From NCBI GenBank assembly GCA_041483895.1, contig JBGPGO010000001.1, positions 445,856 through 509,855 of the forward strand: a DNA stretch of 64,000 bases, in the 5' to 3' direction. Source of the stretch: Fimbriimonadia bacterium (lineage in GTDB: Bacteria > Armatimonadota > Fimbriimonadia > Fimbriimonadales > JABRVX01). Below, in pieces: positions 57,495 to 64,000 of the stretch (the first letter of the stretch is position 1; every line of letters starts with the position of its first letter). Under the pieces are notes generated by a model that searched no databases, was not told the DNA's origin, and was given only the letters and a program-made list of their open reading frames with translations. Both the position numbers and the translations under genes were made by a program.

Positions 57495-58868
57495 ATGACG
57501 TTGGGTGAATCAGAGACAAACCTGCGACTGCGAGGCGCATGGGATGAAGCAGTGCGAAGAATGCGCGAAGCGATCAGCGAACAGACCTACGAACATTGGA
57601 TCCGACCGCTAAATCTCCTTCGCATGGAAGGAGGCAATGCCGTCGTTTCCGCGCCAGGAGAGTTCGGCGGCCAATGGGTCACCAAGAAATTTGCGAAACA
57701 GCTCGCCGTATATCTGTCCGAAGAATACGGTGCGTCGCTGACGCTTCGGATCGTGGTCGATCCGGACATCAAACCCAAGAGCGCCGCGTCGCCCAAAGAG
57801 GAACGCACAGTTAAAGTGAACCCGCGCCAGCCGTTTCCAAGGCCGGAGTTCCAACCGCGATTTACCTTCGACCGCTTTGTCCAAGGTCCCAGCAATCGGC
57901 TGGCCCTGGCAGGCGCGCGGGCAGTCGGTGAGGCGCCGGGCAAGAAATACAATCCGCTCTTCATCTACGGCGGTCCGGGGCTTGGCAAGACCCACCTGAT
58001 GCATGCCATCGGTCACGATATCAGTGGACGCGCGCCCGACACGCGCGTCGCCTACCTCACCGGACAGGTGTTTGCCGAGGAGTTTGTTCGGGCGATCAAA
58101 TCCGGTCGAATCGAGGAGTTTCGGCGTTTCCAGCGCAGCGTGGACGTCTGGCTCGTGGACGACGTGCAGTTCATCGCGGGCAAAGATCGGACCCAGGAAG
58201 AGCTGTTCCACACGTTCAACAGCCTCTATGAAACGGGGCGCCAGATCGTGATCTGTAGCGACCGTCCCCCGCGTGAGCTGTACCTGATGGAGGAGCGCCT
58301 CTGCTCCCGATTCGAATGCGGCCTGGTCGCGGATGTCGGCCCGCCGGACTTCGAGACGCGCGCGGCGATCCTGATCAAGAAGGCCGAGGACGACGGGATT
58401 ACGCTGCCGATCGACGTGGTCTACCTTATGGCGGACCGCATCCAGTCCAATATCCGCACTCTCGAAGGCAGCCTTTGCCGTCTGATTGCGGAATGCTCGC
58501 TTAATGGCGCAAGTCCAACGGTCGAATCGGCGGAACGCATCCTGAAGCGGTTCTTTATCGATGTGAATGCCGAGAAGCCGACACCGGAGAAGCTGATCGA
58601 GGCCGCCGCCCTGCAATACGGCGTTACGGCGGAGGAGCTGCTCGGCAATGGCCGTAGGGCGCCCGTCTCGCAAGCACGGCAGGCGGCGGTCTATCTTTGC
58701 CGAGAGATTTGGCAGACGCCGTGGAAGCAGCTTGGGTCGATATTCAACAAAGACCATACGTCGGCCATCTATGCGCACCGTTCGGTGGGGGAGACTCTCG
58801 TTCGCGACCCGAAGTTCCAGACGGTTCTCGACCAGATTGTCAACGCCGCCCAGAGCCGCCGGACCTGA
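57495..58868 (+). CDS. dnaA: Chromosomal replication initiator DnaA (divergent domain IV)
   Basis: YNPLFIYGGPGLGKTHL, DDVQF, TQEELFHTFN, DHT. Confidence 0.9.
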   Translation: MTLGESETNLRLRGAWDEAVRRMREAISEQTYEHWIRPLNLLRMEGGNAVVSAPGEFGGQWVTKKFAKQLAVYLSEEYGASLTLRIVVDPDIKPKSAASPKEERTVKVNPRQPFPRPEFQPRFTFDRFVQGPSNRLALAGARAVGEAPGKKYNPLFIYGGPGLGKTHLMHAIGHDISGRAPDTRVAYLTGQVFAEEFVRAIKSGRIEEFRRFQRSVDVWLVDDVQFIAGKDRTQEELFHTFNSLYETGRQIVICSDRPPRELYLMEERLCSRFECGLVADVGPPDFETRAAILIKKAEDDGITLPIDVVYLMADRIQSNIRTLEGSLCRLIAECSLNGASPTVESAERILKRFFIDVNAEKPTPEKLIEAAALQYGVTAEELLGNGRRAPVSQARQAAVYLCREIWQTPWKQLGSIFNKDHTSAIYAHRSVGETLVRDPKFQTVLDQIVNAAQSRRT

Positions 58869-58901
58869 TCCCCTTGCCCGTGTGTGATAAACTCGCCACA
58901 C

Positions 58902-59984
58902 ATGAAAGAGGACATCGAGGGTTTACGGAAAGAGATTGACCGGCTGGACTCCGTGCTGCTGGAGCTTCTTAGCGAGCGGGCGGAGGTCGCGAGGCAGATC
59001 GGCGAAAAGAAGGGAAAGAACTTACGGCCGTTCTTTACCCCGGAGCGCGAGCAGGCAATCTACAAGCGGCTGCAGCGGGACAATCCCGGCCCGTTGCTGA
59101 AATCCCAGGTCCGGGCCATCTTCCGCGAGATCATCAGCGCCGCCCGGTCGCTGGAAAAGCCGATGATCGCTTCCTATTGGGGCCCGCCGGGGACATTCAC
59201 GCACATGGCATCGATTGAGCGGTTCGGCAGCAGCACCGAGCTGATGGAGAAGGAGAGCATCTCCGAGGTGTTCGAGGCTGTGGAGCACGCGAAGGCCGAT
59301 TACGGCGTGGTGCCCATCGAAAACTCGATTGCGGGTGTGGTCCCGGAGACCCTGGATATGTTCCCGCAGACCAATGTCAAGATTTGCGCCGAGGTCTTTG
59401 TGATCATCGCTCACCATCTCTGCTCCGTGGAATCGAATCTGGACAAGATCAAGAGGGTGTATGCGGGACCCCAGCCGGCGGCGCAGTGCCGGCGCTGGCT
59501 GAAAATGAACGTTCCGACCGCGGAAATTGTCCAGGCGGTGCCCACGGCCAAAGCGCTGCAAATGGCGATGGAGGATAAAACCGGCGCCGCCATCGGCAAC
59601 TATCTGGGCGCGGAGATGGTCGGAATTCCGATCATTTTTGAGAATATCCAAGACAACGCTAACAATCGCACGCGGTTCCTGGTGATCGGATATAACGAGC
59701 CGCAGCCCACCGGACGGGACAAGACCTCCATCGTATTCAACCTTCGCAACCGGCCGGGCGAGCTGTACCGGGCGCTGGGGGCATTTGACCGCCACGGGGT
59801 GAATATCTCGATGATCGAGAGCCGCCCTTCTCAGCGCGGCACCTTCGAATATCTGTTCTATATCGACGCCGTGGGGCATCAGAAGGACACCAACATCACG
59901 CGGGCGATGGAGACGCTGGAGAGCTACGTCTTGGACCACTCGATCCTCGGGAGCTACCCCGAGGCCGATGTGCCGGAGAAATGA
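58902..59984 (+). CDS. pheA: Chorismate mutase/prephenate dehydratase
   Basis: LRKEIDRLD, GPPGTFT, PIENS, NRTRFLVIG, IESRPS. Confidence 0.95.
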   Translation: MKEDIEGLRKEIDRLDSVLLELLSERAEVARQIGEKKGKNLRPFFTPEREQAIYKRLQRDNPGPLLKSQVRAIFREIISAARSLEKPMIASYWGPPGTFTHMASIERFGSSTELMEKESISEVFEAVEHAKADYGVVPIENSIAGVVPETLDMFPQTNVKICAEVFVIIAHHLCSVESNLDKIKRVYAGPQPAAQCRRWLKMNVPTAEIVQAVPTAKALQMAMEDKTGAAIGNYLGAEMVGIPIIFENIQDNANNRTRFLVIGYNEPQPTGRDKTSIVFNLRNRPGELYRALGAFDRHGVNISMIESRPSQRGTFEYLFYIDAVGHQKDTNITRAMETLESYVLDHSILGSYPEADVPEK

Positions 59985-60019
59985 TCAGTCCGGCTTCGGT
60001 GTGACGCAGGTCGCGCATG

Positions 60020-60070
60020 CATATAGTTCATATAGGTCGTATAGGTCCTATGCGTCCTATACGTCCGATA
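60020..60070. repeat. Degenerate 9-bp tandem repeat (family E)
   Basis: ATAGTTCAT ATAGGTCGT ATAGGTCCT ATGCGTCCT ATACGTCCG. Confidence 0.7.
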
Positions 60071-60153
60071 CTGGCCCGTGCTTGCGTGGGTCCTTGGCGA
60101 CTGCCGGGGGAAATGCAACGAGAGGCCAGCCTCGGTCGTACAATGATACTGCC

Positions 60154-60492
60154 ATGGGAAATGTTTTCTTGACCTTCGTGTTTTTGCTCTCCGGCGTCGT
60201 GGAGATGGCGATTGCCATGCCGATGATTCGCGGCAAGATACGGCGCAATGCGCTCTATGGGTTCCGGACGCCGAAGACCCTTGCGTCCGATGCCATCTGG
60301 TATCCGGCCAATGCGTATGCGGGACGGGCCATGTTCGCGGCGGGCTTCGTGTTAGCGGCCGGTTGCGCCCTGCTCCTGCCATTCGCCGCGTTTCTGGCAA
60401 AGGACACGGTGGTGTTCGTGGGTCTGGCGTTGACGTTCGTTCCGATGATACTTGTGCTGGTAAAGAGCTTTCAGTTCATCCGCAGGCTCTAG
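60154..60492 (+). CDS. SdpI/YhfL family membrane protein
   Basis: IRRNALYGFRTPKTLASDAIWYPAN; 3 TMs. Confidence 0.8.
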   Translation: MGNVFLTFVFLLSGVVEMAIAMPMIRGKIRRNALYGFRTPKTLASDAIWYPANAYAGRAMFAAGFVLAAGCALLLPFAAFLAKDTVVFVGLALTFVPMILVLVKSFQFIRRL

Positions 60493-60573
60493 TGGCGTGT
60501 CGGGGTCTATGGTGGCTGTCGGGCCGAGGATATTACCGGACGTGAACCCCGACACATCTCCGAGGTGGTTCCT

Positions 60574-61707
60574 CTAATAGGTCTGCATCGAAGGATCGAT
60601 CTCGGTGGCCCAGGCGTTGATGCCGCCGACCAGATTTCTCACTTTGGGATAGCCTTGTCCAAGCAGGAACATTGTGACGGTTGCGCTCCGGTGGCCGGTT
60701 TGGCATATCACCACAATTTCCGCTTCGCGGTCGATCTCGGCCAGGCGCCGCCCAATTTCGCTCACTGGGATATGCAATTCGTTCCCAAGCCGGCTGATCT
60801 TCAACTCATGCGGATCCCGCACGTCCAGCAGCACGTGCGGATCGCCCCGTTCTCGCATCGCCGAAAACTCACGAACATTGACCTCAGGAACCCCGCGCAT
60901 TCGCTGCTCACTCTCCGCCTCACACATTCGGTTCTCGTCGGCCACCTCCTTGATCGTGGGCTCGACGCCGCAGAGTGGGCAGTTCGGGTCCCTGTCAATG
61001 GCAATCTCCTGGAATCGCATCGCCAGCGCATCGAAGAGCACCATTCGCCCGATCAGCGGCTTGCCGATGCCGAGGATCAGCTTGACCGCCTCGGTGGCCT
61101 GGAGCAGTCCCATGATGCCGGGCAGCAGGCCCAAAACGCCTGCCTCCGCGCAGTTCGGCACCTCCCCTTGCGGCGGTGGCTCTGGGTAGATGCAGCGATA
61201 ACACGGACCCTGTTTTCCACTGAAAACGGTGACCTGACCCGTGAACCGAAAGACGGAAGCATAGATCAGCGGCCTCGATAGCAGGAAGCAAGCATCGTTG
61301 GTCAGATAGCGGGTTTGGAAATTGTCCGAACCGTCTACGAGAACATGGTACTGGGGAACGATCGCTCCCGCATTTGCTGCGGTCAACCGTTCCATATACA
61401 GATCGACCCGCACATGGGGATTGATCCCTTTGAGCGTTTCCGCAGCCGAATCGACCTTGGGCCGGCCCATGTCATCTGTCCCGTGCAGCAATTGCCGATG
61501 TAGATTCGACAGCTCGACCATGTCTGCATCGATCAGTCCGATGCGGCCCACACCGGCGGCTGCCAAGTACATCGCGGCGGGCGAGCCCAACCCCCCCGCA
61601 CCGACGATCAGCACGCCGGCAGCCTTCAGCTTGGCCTGGCCGTCGCCGCCTACCTCCGGCATCTGGATCTGGCGGCTGTACCGAGTCAGCTCATCCTCGC
61701 TAAACAT
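60574..61707 (-). CDS. moeB: MoeB/MoeZ-type adenylyltransferase with rhodanese domain
   Basis: RYSRQ, GAGGLGSP, SNLHRQ, PCYRC, C-terminal rhodanese domain. Confidence 0.9.
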   Translation of the reverse strand: MFSEDELTRYSRQIQMPEVGGDGQAKLKAAGVLIVGAGGLGSPAAMYLAAAGVGRIGLIDADMVELSNLHRQLLHGTDDMGRPKVDSAAETLKGINPHVRVDLYMERLTAANAGAIVPQYHVLVDGSDNFQTRYLTNDACFLLSRPLIYASVFRFTGQVTVFSGKQGPCYRCIYPEPPPQGEVPNCAEAGVLGLLPGIMGLLQATEAVKLILGIGKPLIGRMVLFDALAMRFQEIAIDRDPNCPLCGVEPTIKEVADENRMCEAESEQRMRGVPEVNVREFSAMRERGDPHVLLDVRDPHELKISRLGNELHIPVSEIGRRLAEIDREAEIVVICQTGHRSATVTMFLLGQGYPKVRNLVGGINAWATEIDPSMQTY

Positions 61708-62165
61708 CAGAACGGCCGGAAGCGGATCAGGATGAGCACCAGCAGGAGGAGCAGGGAGAGGAGGTGATGCAGCCAAAACACCATCGGTATCTGCCGTCCC
61801 GGAGGCCCCTTCTCCAACGCGAAGATGTTGTTCATACAGACATATTGGATGGCGATGAAAACGACCGCGATAAACAGCTTCGCATGGAACCATCCCATTT
61901 TGAGGCTGGGCATGTTGTACGCGAGCAGGCACCAGATTCCGCCCGTCAGCGCAAGAATCAGCCCTGGGGTGACCGCCACGAAAAAAAGCCGCTTTTCCAG
62001 CCGCACCATCAGCGCATGGGTTTCATCGGTCGTGGCATTCTTCGAGTGAAACAGCATCAGACGCGTGAGGTAGAGAAGGCCGCCAATCCACAGAATGATG
62101 CCCAAGATGTGGATCATCCAGCCGATTCGATGGTCGGTACTCCAGGTCAGACGTGGGTCAAGCAT
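61707..62165 (-). CDS. hemJ: HemJ-like (CopD superfamily) membrane protein
   Basis: H...W..GL.YL.RL..FH, EKRL, GWFHAKL. Confidence 0.7.
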   Translation of the reverse strand: MLDPRLTWSTDHRIGWMIHILGIILWIGGLLYLTRLMLFHSKNATTDETHALMVRLEKRLFFVAVTPGLILALTGGIWCLLAYNMPSLKMGWFHAKLFIAVVFIAIQYVCMNNIFALEKGPPGRQIPMVFWLHHLLSLLLLLVLILIRFRPF

Positions 62166-62354
62166 TGCGGAGATATGGTACCGCAGGCGGGCAAAGCCAC
62201 TACCCCCCAATTGTTGAGATTCTATGTTGTCGTGTCAAGTGTTTTGTGTCTTTTTCAGGCATTACAGGTTACGTGAGATGTGTGTACACAAATCGGCTAA
62301 CAGTCCACATTGCCCGCTTTCCAGTAGAAGGTAGTGAGGGCCTCGTTACGTCCT

Positions 62355-62837
62355 TTAGCCCCTATACCGAAGGAGCAGCCAACGAGCGGAGAGATACGCT
62401 CCACCAGGGACCCACCGCATATACCAAGGAATCTGAGCCGCAACAAGCCTCGCCGCATGTTGCCACTGCTGCCTTGCTTCGCGTCGCTCTCCCATATTGT
62501 TCAGGACGATGCCAAGGTTCAATCGGATGTGCGGACAGTCATCGGTGAGCAATGCGGTCCTGAAGGCGGAGGCAGCTTCTGGATACCGTTGATCCGCCAG
62601 GTAAGCACTCCCGAGGGACCAAGCAGGAAGCCATTCGTTGGGTAGCTGGTCAGTCACCTGAACCAGCACGTCAATAGCTGCCTTTGGATCTCCAGAGCGC
62701 AACAAGGCCACCGCGAGCTTATGCCCTACCCAGGGGTCCGCTCCTTCGACGAACTCTTGCCTCAGCGCGGCAATCAGTTCAGCCGTCGGTCGGACATCCT
62801 CCTCCCTGATGACTTTAATTTCTACAGACTTCCTCAT
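62355..62837 (-). CDS. TPR repeat protein
   Basis: TPR-like helices; GGAGG RBS before ATG 62837. Confidence 0.7.
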   Translation of the reverse strand: MRKSVEIKVIREEDVRPTAELIAALRQEFVEGADPWVGHKLAVALLRSGDPKAAIDVLVQVTDQLPNEWLPAWSLGSAYLADQRYPEAASAFRTALLTDDCPHIRLNLGIVLNNMGERREARQQWQHAARLVAAQIPWYMRWVPGGAYLSARWLLLRYRG

Positions 62838-63011
62838 GGCACCTCCACTTATGGCTATATACGAGGTTGAGGTCGTGACGAAGACGGTTTGTCCCCCCCT
62901 GCCCGTGGTTGTTTCAATGCCGACATCGGGATGTGGACATTTCCGCTCATGGTACCCGCCGGGGTGGTTGCCGAGGACCCTCAATTGTGTGATCACTGAG
63001 GGATGATGGAT

Positions 63012-63197
63012 TCAGACCTGAATGTCGAGGCGGCCGTTTAGGCCAAATGCGTCCCGAACCATCCGCTGCGATTCCAAGCTCTTATCTTGCATAGCGATAC
63101 GCAACGCCTTCTTCGCCAGGTCCAGTTGGGACTGCTGGGACGCGCGCAGCATCTCCATCAGTTGCGTGCCGCCATCGGTTGTTGAGCCGACTTTCAT
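63012..63197 (-). CDS. Small YjfB-like (putative motility) protein
   Basis: 61 aa ending G..LDI; coupled to cheX. Confidence 0.55.
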   Translation of the reverse strand: MKVGSTTDGGTQLMEMLRASQQSQLDLAKKALRIAMQDKSLESQRMVRDAFGLNGRLDIQV

Positions 63198-63664
63198 GTG
63201 TGCCGCTCCTGCAGGCTGACGTTTATCTCGAACTCTCCCAGGTCTCCCAGGGCGATCGGGATGACGAACGCCGGGACATCCAGGGTCGATACGTTCACGT
63301 TGGCCCCCCGGACAAGTGTCGGCGGCGTCATCTCGGTCGGGTATCCGGCCTCGTCAAGCAGGTCCGTGGCTTGACCGGTTATTCGGGAACCGAGGTCGCA
63401 AATCGCGTTCGCGGCGGCCTGATCGAATGTGACGACCGTCTGGGCCAGCATTTGTGAGGCGATTCGGTCCGCCGTCGCTAAGGACATTCCATAAATGATC
63501 TGACCTTCCACTTTGCCCGTGATACCGGTTAAGATGTTGCATTGCTGGGTAGTAAACATGCGTGGTCGAACCGTAACGGATCCGCGGCTCGGCTCCACAC
63601 CGGCAACGGATCGCAGGACGTTGATGCTGGCTACCACAAACGGGTTGATGCACTCTGCGTTCAT
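63194..63664 (-). CDS. cheX: Chemotaxis phosphatase CheX family protein
   Basis: INPFV, GITGKVEG, TPPT..RG. Confidence 0.85.
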   Translation of the reverse strand: MNAECINPFVVASINVLRSVAGVEPSRGSVTVRPRMFTTQQCNILTGITGKVEGQIIYGMSLATADRIASQMLAQTVVTFDQAAANAICDLGSRITGQATDLLDEAGYPTEMTPPTLVRGANVNVSTLDVPAFVIPIALGDLGEFEINVSLQERHT

Positions 63665-63672
63665 GGCCTTGG

Positions 63673-64000
63673 CTATGCAGCCTCCCTCACTTCGGATTGT
63701 CGGGTTTCACCGATAGGGCGCCGATAGAAGAACGGGGTTGGGTTCTCATATCCGATCTCCGCGCCATTCAGAATACGCTCGGTATTGCCCACGAACAGAT
63801 AGCCGCCGGTCCGAAGGGCGCTCAGGAACCGATGATACAGGCGATCTTTGGGCTCATCTTCCAAATAGATGACCACATTTCGGCAGAGAATCAGGTCGTA
63901 CATGGTCCCGAAGTGATCGCGGAGGAGATCGTGGGTCCTAAACTTGATCATGTCCGCCAGTACCCGCCTGGGCTGGTACTTTCCGTCGATCGTATCGAAG
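63673..64000 (-). CDS. cheR: CheR methyltransferase, C-terminal part (runs off the window)
   Basis: F..HDLL, DLILCRNVVIY, GGYLFVGNTE. Confidence 0.88.
   Translation of the reverse strand, partial: FDTIDGKYQPRRVLADMIKFRTHDLLRDHFGTMYDLILCRNVVIYLEDEPKDRLYHRFLSALRTGGYLFVGNTERILNGAEIGYENPTPFFYRRPIGETRQSEVREAA

Noticed and set aside
61708-61932. N-terminal extension of MoeB
   Set aside because: Overlaps the hemJ-like gene; the TGATG coupling gives 61707.
62205-62345. AT-rich gap with TGTGTACACA palindrome as oriC
   Set aside because: Only poor DnaA-box matches; more likely a promoter or operator.
1-64000. tRNA or rRNA genes
   Set aside because: No cloverleaf or rRNA signatures noticed by eye.

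Overview
GC-rich bacterial chromosomal segment. Gene content, dockerin-tailed secreted proteins and short Rhs modules suggest Armatimonadota, but this is inference only. Core genes: trpE, split pntAa/pntAb/pntB, ugd, ppx, rpsB-tsf-pyrH-frr-uppS-dxr-rseP, tdh, mutY, a divergent dnaA, pheA, moeB, hemJ-like, cheX and cheR. Glycoside hydrolases and ABC transporters lie among them. Main candidates for undescribed biology: (1) a leader-peptide attenuator with visible terminator, antiterminator and anti-SD helices before an ABC/Eis-like acetyltransferase operon; (2) an exported caspase-like protease, accessory protein and subtilase locus with recurring RG motifs at domain junctions; (3) a split Rhs cassette array with Cys-rich tips, truncated by an IS3 element; (4) two paralogous secreted-protein genes each followed by a recoded copy of the rseP 3' end; (5) a putative sigma-54 sRNA with an anti-SD tract; (6) several REP-like palindrome families, two inserted in frame in ppx and mutY; (7) many apparently leaderless genes. 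All calls were made by eye; no searches were run.
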